Source: Candidatus Heimdallarchaeum aukensis (GTDB lineage: Archaea; Asgardarchaeota; Heimdallarchaeia; Heimdallarchaeales; Heimdallarchaeaceae). Taken from it: a stretch of 64,000 bases of DNA. The notes beneath the pieces were generated by a model. That model saw only the letters and a program-made list of their open reading frames with translations, was not told the origin of the DNA and searched no databases. Position numbers and translations under genes: made by a program. The stretch is taken from assembly GCA_021513695.1 (NCBI GenBank), contig CP084166.1:160001-224000 (forward strand). Direction: 5' to 3'. Below, piece by piece: positions 38,409-48,899 of the stretch. The stretch's first letter is position 1, and every line of letters starts with the position of its first letter.

Positions 38409-41393
38409 CTACTTCCATATTATTTTTTTATTGACTTTGAAGATTTTATTCTGTTTTTCTCTTTCCTGAGTTATATTTTCTTTTACAATTTCTCCAAGAG
38501 CAACTATCCTGTTCCAAATAACAACTAATTGACTAATTTCATCTGTTTTTAAAAATGAAAGACCTATAACTATTAATTGTTTTAATGCTTTTTCGTTTAT
38601 TTTTTGATTGTTTTTAATTATTGTTTCATCTTCTTTTAATTCTTTAATCGAGATTCCAATATTAGCATTTTGAAGCATGAGCATGGAATCTAATACCGTT
38701 TCTACTTTTGGATTGATTCTTGGTAACAATAGTCGAAAATAATTACCTATTCTTTGGCTAAATGTAACATATTTTATTTCTTCACTGATTAAGTTCAATG
38801 CGTCATTTTTCTTCTTCAGGGCTATTTTATACTCATTTAATAAAATTAAACTTTGAAATACATCAGATAGTAATTCTGTGAAAAGTTTCTTTTCAAAATC
38901 AATGTATCCCTTACGGAAAAACCTTTTTTCATTATTCTTATATTTTATAACTCCATAACTATCGTTCACTACAGGAATGATAAAAGTTCTATCTTCAAAT
39001 TTTAAGTCATAAGATAATAATTCAACGTTGTCATATTTTTCTCCAATTTTCCACTGCTCATAAGTTTTTTCTCTTTGCAACGCCTTATTTATCATGATTT
39101 GGTTAAATTTACTGATATCTTTTGCTATCTCACTTATATCTTCAGAGATTGAAGGAAAAATATGTCCTATTCCTTTTTCTATTATTCCATCTTCTGACAA
39201 TCCATAAAAGTGTTCATGTTTTCGTTGTATATTAAAAAAGGTGCTAAGACCGAAAGGTAAACTAGGCTCAATTACAGCTATATCCCATATGTTGCTTATT
39301 TTTTTGTCATCTGTTTCATCTACTCTATATGCTCTTCCTTTAGTTTGAATAACAGTTTGATAAGCAGATACTGAAGTTAAATCAATAAGTGTATTTAGTT
39401 TAACAGAGTCCCACCCTTCTCCTAATATGTTTCTTGGCCCAATCAGACATTTAGTTATCCCCTTCTCAAGTAAATAAGTAAAAAGAAGAGTGTATATTCC
39501 TGTTCTCCAATCAAATCCCTCTCCTATAATTTGGACAATTTTCTCGTTTTCTGTTCTTTTTATTGACAATTTAAAATCAAATTTGAAATTCTCTTTCCAT
39601 TTTTCACTTTCTTTTAGTATTTGATTAGCTATGTCTCTATCTGTAAGTATTGATGAAGAAGAAATGGAAACTGGATCTAACTGGTTGGTTTTAGTATTTG
39701 AAATAAGCTTTTCTAAGATACTTAACGACAGATTTTCTGTAGTAAAATCATAAATTATTGCTGAACGTAATTTATCCTTTAAATATGAGAATTCATACTC
39801 TAGAATCTCAACAATAGCATTTATTTTTGATTTACTTGAATTAAGAAAACTAAAAGTTACTTCTCTCTCTTTCATTAAATTATCTACATTCTCTAGTTTC
39901 TCAAAAAATCGACCTAATTCGTTATAATAATTTAAAGCTTTTTTAGAATTGAATTTCTGTTTTCTAAGATAATTCCAATAATAGGCGTGAAGAATAATAA
40001 ATAATTCATTTAATGTAAATTTTTCTTGATCAATTGCTTCTTGATTTTCAAAAATCAGATAAATTTTGTTTACTAAATCATCATTCTTGTATCGTTTTAT
40101 TATGTTTAGATGATTATTTTCATATTCTTCTTTAAGAAATTCAATAGGGTCTTTTAGATTTTTAGATTTTAATGAAGAAAAGAGCTTTCTCAAAGGTTTG
40201 AATTTTTTTTCTATTTCCTTTCTTTCTTCCTCTTGAGGATAGACAAAGTATAACAAATCTTGATAAGGGGCTATGTTTTTTTGTTTTACCGCTGCTGGAG
40301 TAGGTATTTCGATATCAACAGAACCAAAAAGTAATTCGTATATTCCTACTTCTTCATCCTCGACATTCACATCAGTTGGAGGAGTTGCAGTTAAACCCAA
40401 AATGAATGGGATGTTAAATTCTTCAATAAGATAGTTTACAATATATGCCCAAATTGATGTAAGATGATGACACTCATCTAAGATTATTAGACCTATTCCT
40501 TTGTTTTTTAGGGTGTCAATTATCTCTAATGTGTTTTTGTGTAGAATGTCTTTAATCTTTATATCTGAAAAATTAAACTCTCCTTTTATTATCTTATGCC
40601 TTATTTTGTTGATATATTCATTTATTTTTGCTTTATACTCTTCATAATTACTTTTTTTTAAAGATTCAATAAATTCTTTATTTTCATTTTTTTCTTTTAA
40701 CCACATTTTTTCAGCAAAATGCTGTAACATCTCTTCTTCTTGAGAATAAACAGAAAAACGTTGGTAGGTCATTACTGTAATTGGAGCTCTTGATTTAGGG
40801 TCTGTATTTCCAATCATCGTGTTAATGATATTGTTTTCTTTGTCAAGAAACAATTTAATTTTATCTATCCATTGGTCCTGAGTAGAAAAATTTGGTGTTA
40901 GCACTAGAGTATTTTTTGCTATTTGTTTTGCTATTTCAAGACCTACAATAGTTTTTCCTGAACCAGGAGGAGAAACAACATAAAACTTCCTTTCTACTGT
41001 GCTAATTTTTTGTTCAAATTTTTCTAAAATAAGTTTTTGAGATTGCCAAAATTCTCCTCGAAAATACATGTTTGTTAATAAAGAAGGATCAATTTGTCCA
41101 TCTCTGTCTAAATCAAATCTGTATTCACGGAAAGAATTTATTGAAATTTTGATAAAATTATTTATTTTCTCTACTTTTTTACAGTGGGGACAATATTCAT
41201 TTATTTTATACCATTGCTCTAAATGTTCAGAATGAAAAAGACTTCTACAATAAGGGCATAGATAGACTATATCTTCTTTATCAAAAGGTGTAAAGCATAT
41301 CTCACATTTAACAATTTCAGCTCTGCAATTTTCACAGAAATTCCAATCTAACTCAATTTTTGAGTTACAGTTTGTACAACTGTAATGATTCAT
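38409..41393 (-). CDS. SF2 (DEAH/ResIII-like) helicase with an N-terminal double Zn ribbon and a ~300-aa uncharacterised C-terminal extension
   Basis: Four Cys pairs within the first 75 aa ('CTNC..CENC..CEIC..CPYC..CPHC'); motif I 'SPPGSGKT'; motif II 'ILDECHH'; motif III 'LGLTATPP'; motif VI 'QTKGRAYR'. Confidence 0.75.
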   Translation of the reverse strand: MNHYSCTNCNSKIELDWNFCENCRAEIVKCEICFTPFDKEDIVYLCPYCRSLFHSEHLEQWYKINEYCPHCKKVEKINNFIKISINSFREYRFDLDRDGQIDPSLLTNMYFRGEFWQSQKLILEKFEQKISTVERKFYVVSPPGSGKTIVGLEIAKQIAKNTLVLTPNFSTQDQWIDKIKLFLDKENNIINTMIGNTDPKSRAPITVMTYQRFSVYSQEEEMLQHFAEKMWLKEKNENKEFIESLKKSNYEEYKAKINEYINKIRHKIIKGEFNFSDIKIKDILHKNTLEIIDTLKNKGIGLIILDECHHLTSIWAYIVNYLIEEFNIPFILGLTATPPTDVNVEDEEVGIYELLFGSVDIEIPTPAAVKQKNIAPYQDLLYFVYPQEEERKEIEKKFKPLRKLFSSLKSKNLKDPIEFLKEEYENNHLNIIKRYKNDDLVNKIYLIFENQEAIDQEKFTLNELFIILHAYYWNYLRKQKFNSKKALNYYNELGRFFEKLENVDNLMKEREVTFSFLNSSKSKINAIVEILEYEFSYLKDKLRSAIIYDFTTENLSLSILEKLISNTKTNQLDPVSISSSSILTDRDIANQILKESEKWKENFKFDFKLSIKRTENEKIVQIIGEGFDWRTGIYTLLFTYLLEKGITKCLIGPRNILGEGWDSVKLNTLIDLTSVSAYQTVIQTKGRAYRVDETDDKKISNIWDIAVIEPSLPFGLSTFFNIQRKHEHFYGLSEDGIIEKGIGHIFPSISEDISEIAKDISKFNQIMINKALQREKTYEQWKIGEKYDNVELLSYDLKFEDRTFIIPVVNDSYGVIKYKNNEKRFFRKGYIDFEKKLFTELLSDVFQSLILLNEYKIALKKKNDALNLISEEIKYVTFSQRIGNYFRLLLPRINPKVETVLDSMLMLQNANIGISIKELKEDETIIKNNQKINEKALKQLIVIGLSFLKTDEISQLVVIWNRIVALGEIVKENITQEREKQNKIFKVNKKIIWK

Positions 41394-41609
41394 CAGATTC
41401 TATTTCCTAAACATCTATATAATATCTTTCTTTCAAAAAGTGTAAAAATAGAAAGAGTTGAGAATCATAATATGCAATTATCATCATAATTCAGACAGGG
41501 GTAACTTAATCATTTTCTCAACAAAAAAAAGATTTCTTCTTGTTTTTTTAATTTTCCCTTTTGTAAAACTTCTTGAACAGTAAATTTTTGATAAAATATT
41601 GAAAATTTA

Positions 41610-41972
41610 TTATCCGTGCCCTAGCAAGTCATTGGCTACCATGTTAATTACTTCTTGTGCTTCTTTTGATAGTAGGTGTCTTTTAGGAGTAATAGCTGCT
41701 TTATAGATATCATTTAGAATTTTAGCTCTATTCTTATTCACTACATCGAGCAAAGTCATATCATCAATATTATCTGCTTGCTCTTTATATAAAGCAATAA
41801 TGTCGTCTTCAAGTTCTTTTGTTGCTTCTTTTATTGCTTTAATAATTCTTTTTTCTGAAGCTGTAATCTTGCCTGATTTTGAACAGAAGTCAATTACTGA
41901 TTGAACCATATTCTTCAAAATCAATTTAACTTCTTCAATTTCTTTTTCAGTGTCTACTGATTCTGCCAACAA
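41610..41972 (-). CDS. hypothetical helical protein (120 aa) upstream of the helicase
   Basis: ORF only. Confidence 0.3.
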   Translation of the reverse strand: MLAESVDTEKEIEEVKLILKNMVQSVIDFCSKSGKITASEKRIIKAIKEATKELEDDIIALYKEQADNIDDMTLLDVVNKNRAKILNDIYKAAITPKRHLLSKEAQEVINMVANDLLGHG

Positions 41973-42045
41973 TAAGCACCTATATTTTTGTATATAGTCT
42001 CATATTTATTCTTTTCCGATATCATAAAAATTAATAGAAAAAAAC

Positions 42046-42969
42046 CTAATCATTTTTTATGCTTTCGTCTAGGTTGGTAGCTTTTTCTAATCCTCTATAT
42101 ATCTTCCATCTTCTATCGATATATTCTTTAAGTTTTTCAACTTGTTCAGGGGTTATATTTTTGAATCGTCCTTGTTTTGACAAAAATTCTTCTAATCCTG
42201 TAAATTTAGGTTTTCTGTTAATTTTCACTCTTCCATTTTCATATTCAATTAGTAGCCAATAACCTGATTCAACAGCTTCTTTTGCTAATTGGGGACCTAA
42301 ATGAGTTGGTACTTTCCATCCTGGAGTGCAGATAGACAAAACTTCTATATATCTAAATCCCTTCATCTTCTTTGCTTTTTCTATTTTATTGATAAAATCT
42401 TGAATGTAAGCTGTTGAAGCAGTAGCTACATAGGTAGCTTCATGTGCAATAAGTATCCTTGGAATATCTTTTGGAAACCATTCATTTCCTTTCGATTTTC
42501 CTTTAACAGGAGTTGTTGTAGACCACGAACCATAAGGAGTCAATCCTGAAGCTTGAATTCCTGTATTCTCATATGCTTGATTGTTGTAACAAATATACAA
42601 TATATTTTCATCTCTTTGAGCTGCTCCAGATAGAGCTTGTAGACCTATATCTGCCGTACCTCCATCTCCAGCCATCCCCAAGACTACTATATCTTCCTTG
42701 TTTTGAGCTTTTAAAGCTCTTGAGATCCCAGTAACAGTTGAAGCGGTATTCGCAAACTGTAGATGGAAATAAGGAACATCCCAGTTAAGATTAGGAAAAG
42801 TTCCTCCAAAAACACTTAGACAACAAGGGGGAACACTCACAATTGTTTTTTTCCCTAAAATACGCATTACGTTAATAGCGATATTTGACGCCATACAACC
42901 TGCACAAGCACTGTCTCCGCTTACAAACTCTGCTCTATCTGGAAGATCTTTTAATCTCATAGCTTTCAC
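42046..42969 (-). CDS. 2-oxoacid:ferredoxin oxidoreductase, beta (TPP-binding) subunit
   Basis: 'GMAGDGGTADIG' TPP-binding GDGx motif; Cys residues for the proximal [4Fe-4S] ('CAGC','PPCC'); 307 aa. Confidence 0.75.
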   Translation of the reverse strand: MKAMRLKDLPDRAEFVSGDSACAGCMASNIAINVMRILGKKTIVSVPPCCLSVFGGTFPNLNWDVPYFHLQFANTASTVTGISRALKAQNKEDIVVLGMAGDGGTADIGLQALSGAAQRDENILYICYNNQAYENTGIQASGLTPYGSWSTTTPVKGKSKGNEWFPKDIPRILIAHEATYVATASTAYIQDFINKIEKAKKMKGFRYIEVLSICTPGWKVPTHLGPQLAKEAVESGYWLLIEYENGRVKINRKPKFTGLEEFLSKQGRFKNITPEQVEKLKEYIDRRWKIYRGLEKATNLDESIKND

Positions 42970-43201
42970 TCTAATGGTTATTTTCTCAAATTATTGTTTG
43001 ACTTTTAAATGATTAGGTATATTCGCTTTATCGCTGTCTTGTCCTTCTGCTTTCTGAATTAGTTTTCTAGATTTTTAAATGTTGCATTTTAGACTTTAAT
43101 TTTCAAATATTTTATACTGTTTTATCAAATTATTTATAAGTAAGTATTTTTTTGCTCTTCTGAATAGTTACGTTGTTTACGTAGATTATAGGTGATAGTA
43201 A

Positions 43202-44944
43202 ATGAGTGACAATAGAAGTATAGAGAAAAATCTTGAAAAGCTTGTCCCCCCACATGGAGGAAAACTTGTAGACAAACACATAATAAGTGAAGAAGAAAGG
43301 TACAATTATGTTGAAAAAGCAAAAACTTTGCCTGTTTTAGAATTAAATGAAAGAACATTAGCTGATCTTGAATGTATAGCTACTGGAGTTTACTCTCCTC
43401 TAACAGGATTTATGACAGAAGAAGATTACAATAGTGTTGTCGAAACAATGCGATTGAAAAATGGTATAATTTGGCCTATTCCAGTAACTCTTCCAGTTGA
43501 TGATAACTTTGCTGAAAGTTTAAGTAAAGGAGATGAAATTGCATTAAAGTGGAATGGCATATATATGGGTTTAATGACTGTTTCTGATATTTACAAACCT
43601 GATAAAAAGAAAGAAGCTCTTAATGTTTATAAAACAGAAGATAGCGCTCATCCTGGAGTAGCTGCTCTATACCAAACTGGAAGCTATTATTTGGGAGGAG
43701 AAGTTTTATTAATTGATGATCTTCCTCACAAAGATTTTGTAGAATATAGATTTACTCCAAAACAAACAAGAACTGAATTTGCAAAAAGAGGGTGGAAAAC
43801 AGTCGTAGCTTTCCAAACAAGGAACCCAATACACAGAGCACATGAATATTTACAGAAAGTTGCTTTAGAATCTGTTGATGGATTATTCATAAATCCTCTT
43901 GTGGGTTCAACAAAAAGTGATGATGTTCCAGTTCAAACTAGAATGGAAACTTACAAAGTAATATTAAATGCTTACTATCCAAAAGATAGATTCTTCCTAG
44001 GAGTATTCCCTGCAAACATGAGGTATGCTGGCCCTAGAGAAGCAATTATGCATGCAATTGCTAGACAAAATTATGGTTGTTCTCACATTATTATTGGAAG
44101 AGACCATGCTGGAGTTGGAAACTACTATGGAACTTATGAAGCTCAAGAGATTTTTGAACAATTTAGTGATAATGAGTTAAAGATTAAACCTTTCAAATTT
44201 GAGCACGCTTTTTATTGTAAAATTTGTGAGCAAATGGCTACTCAAAAGACTTGTCCTCATGGTAAAGAGAGTCATGTTTATCTCTCTGGAACAAAAGTTA
44301 GGCAGATGTTAAGAGAAGGACAAATGCTTCCTAGAGAGTTTACTCGACCAGAAGTAGCTATGATTTTAACTGATGCTTATAATGGAAAGGCAAAAATAGA
44401 ACAAAAGGGTGTAACTTTACTATTTACTGGTCTTAGCGGATCAGGAAAAACAACAATAACTAAAGCTCTTGCTCAGGAATTAAAGAAAAGAGGATATCAA
44501 GTAGAACGTCTTGATGGAGATGTTGTAAGACAGTATCTAACCAAAGATTTGGGCTTCAGTAAACATGACAGAGATGAAAACATTAGAAGAGTAGGCTTCG
44601 TTGCTCATATGTTAACTCGTAACAATGTTATAGTTTTAATGGCTAATATTGCTCCTTATCAAGCAGTAAGAGACGAAATCAGACAACTAATTGGAGACTT
44701 TATGGAAGTATATGTAAAAGCTCCTCTAGAGGTTTGTGAATCTAGAGATGTAAAAGGATTATATAAGAAAGCAAAAGCAGGTGAAATATTAAATTTCACA
44801 GGAGTCAATGATCCATATGAACCTCCAACTAACCCTGAAATTGTTTGTGAAACTGATAAAGAAACTGTAGAAGAATCAGTCCATAAAGTATTAGCAAAGT
44901 TAGTCGAATATGGATATGTTGATTCTAGTGTTTTAGAGAAATAA
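43202..44944 (+). CDS. bifunctional sulfate adenylyltransferase (ATP sulfurylase) / adenylylsulfate kinase
   Basis: '[13 protein letters not shown]' (QTRN plus HxxH of ATP sulfurylase) and C-terminal '[14 protein letters not shown]...ERLDGDVVR' (APS kinase P-loop and DGD). Confidence 0.85.
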   Translation: MSDNRSIEKNLEKLVPPHGGKLVDKHIISEEERYNYVEKAKTLPVLELNERTLADLECIATGVYSPLTGFMTEEDYNSVVETMRLKNGIIWPIPVTLPVDDNFAESLSKGDEIALKWNGIYMGLMTVSDIYKPDKKKEALNVYKTEDSAHPGVAALYQTGSYYLGGEVLLIDDLPHKDFVEYRFTPKQTRTEFAKRGWKTVVAFQTRNPIHRAHEYLQKVALESVDGLFINPLVGSTKSDDVPVQTRMETYKVILNAYYPKDRFFLGVFPANMRYAGPREAIMHAIARQNYGCSHIIIGRDHAGVGNYYGTYEAQEIFEQFSDNELKIKPFKFEHAFYCKICEQMATQKTCPHGKESHVYLSGTKVRQMLREGQMLPREFTRPEVAMILTDAYNGKAKIEQKGVTLLFTGLSGSGKTTITKALAQELKKRGYQVERLDGDVVRQYLTKDLGFSKHDRDENIRRVGFVAHMLTRNNVIVLMANIAPYQAVRDEIRQLIGDFMEVYVKAPLEVCESRDVKGLYKKAKAGEILNFTGVNDPYEPPTNPEIVCETDKETVEESVHKVLAKLVEYGYVDSSVLEK

Positions 44945-45019
44945 CTAACTTCTATTTTCTTCTTTTTTTTAAAAATTCTCCCAAAAACATTATTAAATAT
45001 TGAGAAAATAAAATAAAAT

Positions 45020-45658
45020 ATGGAAAAAAATATTGAATCTGTTCCTTTATGGAAGAAAATCGGAGAGAAACTAACACCATATTTAACGAGAGATGATTTC
45101 ATTTCTATGGATAAAGAACGATATATCAGCCTTATTAAAAGATTGAAAGCAATAAATGAATTATCTGAAAAACAATATACTTACGCAAACATTAATCGAG
45201 ATTTAATTTTAATCCGAATGGGGCTTATTCACAATCTTCCAGAAATAACAGATGATTCATTAGAAACAATATTGAAGCAACTAGCTGTTCACTTAGCAAT
45301 ATTATATTACAATGATAATGATGTTAGTAGTTGGACTGAAGCAGAAAATAAGGTTTTAGAAGTTATTTCTTCTGGATTTGAATCAAGAGTAACTATGGGT
45401 TTAAGTCCTACAGAGCATTTAGAAACTTTAAGCTCGAAAATAAAAGAAATAGGACAGATAAATAAAGAAACAATTGCACAAATTATAAATGAAATTGAAG
45501 AAACAAAAGATAAACTCATGCAGTCAGGTATCTCTGGTGTCACTTTGCATAAATTCACTCAATACGCACAAAAACTTAAAAGAGCTGATGATGAATTACC
45601 AACAAAATATGATATATTAGAAGAAATTGCGAGTTGGCAAGAACTTATCTCAAAATAA
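45020..45658 (+). CDS. hypothetical protein (212 aa)
   Basis: ORF only. Confidence 0.3.
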   Translation: MEKNIESVPLWKKIGEKLTPYLTRDDFISMDKERYISLIKRLKAINELSEKQYTYANINRDLILIRMGLIHNLPEITDDSLETILKQLAVHLAILYYNDNDVSSWTEAENKVLEVISSGFESRVTMGLSPTEHLETLSSKIKEIGQINKETIAQIINEIEETKDKLMQSGISGVTLHKFTQYAQKLKRADDELPTKYDILEEIASWQELISK

Positions 45659-46520
45659 AAAGACTAGGGGAGTAAAATTGAGTAAGAACAAGAAAGAAGA
45701 CAAAAAGAAAAGTGAAGACATAGTCAACAATGTTAAAGAAACAATTCCAGATCTACCAGAAATTTTCAGACACGAAAAGAAAGAAGAAACAGAAGAAATA
45801 GCTAGTATTCCAAAAGTAAAAATTGAGAAAAAAGAAAAAGAGCAAGTTGAAGAAACAAAGTCTAGTAATCTTTTTGGTCAGAAAATTCAAGGTCTAAAAG
45901 AAAAAGTTGAACAAATTGTAAATGTTAACAAATTACGTCCCCGAATTGAAAAAGATATTGAAAATCTACTTAAAGATGGAAACACATTACTTATCGGTAA
46001 AAATGTAGGTGTCTTTGCAGAGAGATTAACAGAAAAAGGAATGAATATAATAGCTCGAGACACATCAATTACCTTTATCAGTCCCAAAACTGAAGTGAAT
46101 AATGTAAAAATATTAGAAAAAATGGAATTAAAACCCTTTTCTCTGGAAAAGATGAATAATCTTAAAGGTCCTTTCATAAATATTATTTTATTTTTTGCTT
46201 TAAAAGGAAGAAAAAAGGAAGAAATTTACTCAATAGTAAATAAGTGTAAACAACTATTGTACTCCTCTGGTCTTCTCTTTATTGTAGAAGAATCTACTTC
46301 AGGGTTAAATATTTTTTTAAATTTCTTTAAGTATTTAACCTATGTAAATAAATTCATTAAAAGTAAGATTAAGAAAGAAGAATATACTTGGCCAGTAGTT
46401 AAAATAAAAAAAGTAATTAAACAACTCGAACTAAGAAAATTCAAGACATTCGTTTATGGGGGAAGAAATGTTCAAACTTATGTTCTAGCAAAAAGACTAA
46501 GTGCCTTTCTTTCTAGATAG
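45627..46520 (+). CDS. hypothetical K-rich protein (297 aa); overlaps the upstream gene by 32 nt
   Basis: ORF; weak Rossmann-like 'LLIGKNVGVFAERLTEKGMNIIARD'. Confidence 0.3.
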   Translation: MRVGKNLSQNKKTRGVKLSKNKKEDKKKSEDIVNNVKETIPDLPEIFRHEKKEETEEIASIPKVKIEKKEKEQVEETKSSNLFGQKIQGLKEKVEQIVNVNKLRPRIEKDIENLLKDGNTLLIGKNVGVFAERLTEKGMNIIARDTSITFISPKTEVNNVKILEKMELKPFSLEKMNNLKGPFINIILFFALKGRKKEEIYSIVNKCKQLLYSSGLLFIVEESTSGLNIFLNFFKYLTYVNKFIKSKIKKEEYTWPVVKIKKVIKQLELRKFKTFVYGGRNVQTYVLAKRLSAFLSR

Positions 46521-46867
46521 CCTTTTTTTTCAAAGAACAATCTGAAAGAAATGAAGAATTAAAGAAGATGTAAGAGTTGCTACAGTTGTTATAAGCGACA
46601 AACTATAGTACAATAGAATATATAAATTAATAATTCTAGTTATGTAAGTTTTAAAAGTAATTTTTGTTCCAGTTTATTTTTAATTTTTAATATAAATTAT
46701 GTAATACTCAAAACTATGTTTTTGTCTTATCTAAATAATATATCAAACACTTTCTAACTACAGATAAAGAATTTGGCCGACATAATTTGTTTAACAGTAA
46801 TATTCACTTTCAATGCACCCTCTCTGTCGCTTTAAATAGTACCATTCGAGAAGTTACATGAAAAGAT

Positions 46868-47833
46868 ATGATAAGAACAGAGCAAGAGAATAAAGCTAGA
46901 ATTGTGTGTTCAGAGTGTGGAGAAAGTAATTTTGTTGAAACTGTTTCAGATGTTGTTTGTAGAAATTGTGGTCTTGTAATTGATCAAAGATACAGTTCAG
47001 ATCATTTTGTTGAAAATGATTCCACAGATTGGAGAAAAAAACGTTTTGGTAGTCCTGAAAGTAGAAGAAGTAAAAATACATATTTTTCATCTTTTGAAGT
47101 TTCTCCAGGAGAAAGCAGAGCACAATTTCAGAGAATGTGGTTTGCTGAAAAAAAGTTGGAATATGATGCAATAGAAGAGAACAAGTCAAGATTATTAAAT
47201 ATTCTAACAAAATTAGGCTTTTCTTCTAATCAAAAAAACCAAATAATGTATGAATTAAGAAAGCGATATGAAGCTGAAAAAAGAGCAGGTAACAAAGTAT
47301 CAAACATTTTCCTATTAGCTTCAGCGTTAGCAATTATTTTTTCAAAAAACCTTAATATTCCAGTGAGTATTCGTACTGTAGTTGATGTTTTTAAAAGCTA
47401 TGGCTGTAAAATTAGCTCAAAAGCAGTTAGAGATTATATCATTTCAAACAATTTGGCTTATACCAATTCATCTACAAGTGTTTGGGTAACAAAACATATG
47501 GCAACCTTGAGGTCTGATTTGTCGATTAGAGAGCAAATAAGGCAAGAATTACAAAATGTTGGAGACTCGTTAGAAATAACTGAACTAGATATAGACAAAA
47601 TCTTGACTTCAATTGAACTATTTGCAGTTAAACTTTCCAAAATTGAAGCCAAAAGCAGACGTCCTAGTGTTCTAAGTGTAGCATGTATATTCCTTGCTTC
47701 AGAGATGATAGCTGAAAAGATTAATATTACATTATTTAACCAAGCTTTTTTGGCAAGAACTTGCAAAGTTAGTCCTGCGACATTACGAAGTCACTTAATC
47801 TATCTGAGAAGTAACATAAAAACAAAGATTTAG
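46868..47833 (+). CDS. tfb: transcription initiation factor TFB (TFIIB homologue)
   Basis: N-terminal Zn ribbon 'CSECGESNF...CRNCGLV'; two cyclin-like repeats; 321 aa. Confidence 0.8.
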   Translation: MIRTEQENKARIVCSECGESNFVETVSDVVCRNCGLVIDQRYSSDHFVENDSTDWRKKRFGSPESRRSKNTYFSSFEVSPGESRAQFQRMWFAEKKLEYDAIEENKSRLLNILTKLGFSSNQKNQIMYELRKRYEAEKRAGNKVSNIFLLASALAIIFSKNLNIPVSIRTVVDVFKSYGCKISSKAVRDYIISNNLAYTNSSTSVWVTKHMATLRSDLSIREQIRQELQNVGDSLEITELDIDKILTSIELFAVKLSKIEAKSRRPSVLSVACIFLASEMIAEKINITLFNQAFLARTCKVSPATLRSHLIYLRSNIKTKI

Positions 47834-47863
47834 TTTTTTTCCATTCTAAAAAGTTTTATAAAT

Positions 47864-48793
47864 ATGTTCACAACTTCAAGAGTTATGGTATTATCTCCCA
47901 CAACATTATTTTTGATTTCTATAATTGCTCTAGTCGTTGGTATTTTAAGTGTGATTGCAGGATTAGGTGGTGGGGTATTTATAGTTCCTATCTTAACTGT
48001 TTTATTTAAATATGAGATGCCTATTGTTGTTGGAACAACTTTAGCTTCAACTACATTTATTTCTCTAGTTGGGGTAATAGGTGCAAGAAAAAGAAAAGAA
48101 ATTGATTTTAAATTTGCTTTCGCATTTTTGATTCCTGCCACGATATCAACTTTTTTTGGAGCTCTAATTACAGATATGATTCCTGAAATTATTTTACTCT
48201 CAATATTGTTTTCTTTAGCTCTGTTATTAAGTATTAGGATGCTACTTGAGTCAAGAAAAAAGAAAAAACTTGGAATAAAGACTTATAGACGAGATAAAAT
48301 ACAAGAATTAAAAAAAGAAAAGAAAGAACAAGAAGAACATAGTCATAAAATAGCTTTTTTCGCAAGGTTTCATTATCCTTGGTTAAGACCTTTTATAACT
48401 ATCAAAAGAGATGAATACGAGTTCAAAATAAGTATACCAGTAATAATTGTATTTGGTTTATTAATTGGTTTTATCACTGGGCTTTTAGGATCATCTGGAG
48501 GATGGCTTATATCTCCGTTAATGATCTTAGGATTTGGTTATACTCCTATTGTAGCTTCTGGTACTTCTCTTTTTATCATTCTAATTAAAGCAATTGTAGG
48601 AGGTACAACTCATGTTATACAAGGTCATTTTGATATGATTCTGTTTTTTGTATTATCTGTATTTTTACCGATTGGGGGTTTTATTGGAGATTTAATAAAA
48701 AGACGTATGAAAAATAGAATAGTTGGTTTAATATTAGGATTTTGTCTGTTGGGTGTTTCTGCTGTAATACTTGTGTTCTATTTCATTCTTTAA
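47864..48793 (+). CDS. TSUP/TauE-SafE family (sulfite/organosulfonate exporter-type) membrane protein
   Basis: Two four-helix repeats separated by a K/E-rich loop; Gly-rich helices ('AGLGGGVFIVP', 'LGSSGGWLISP'). Confidence 0.55.
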   Translation: MFTTSRVMVLSPTTLFLISIIALVVGILSVIAGLGGGVFIVPILTVLFKYEMPIVVGTTLASTTFISLVGVIGARKRKEIDFKFAFAFLIPATISTFFGALITDMIPEIILLSILFSLALLLSIRMLLESRKKKKLGIKTYRRDKIQELKKEKKEQEEHSHKIAFFARFHYPWLRPFITIKRDEYEFKISIPVIIVFGLLIGFITGLLGSSGGWLISPLMILGFGYTPIVASGTSLFIILIKAIVGGTTHVIQGHFDMILFFVLSVFLPIGGFIGDLIKRRMKNRIVGLILGFCLLGVSAVILVFYFIL

Positions 48794-48899
48794 CAAATTT
48801 TTTTAAGTTTAGAAACTTTTATGGTGAAAGCTTTTTTTGAATAATTGAATTTTTTTTTATTAAGATACCTTTATATTTTTCCATATAACTCGGTGCATA

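Noticed and set aside
38409-41393. Zn-ribbon helicase considered as Cas3, or as a type I/III restriction R subunit
   Set aside because: No HD nuclease domain, no PD-(D/E)xK endonuclease motif found, no adjacent MTase or specificity subunit, and no cas genes or CRISPR array.
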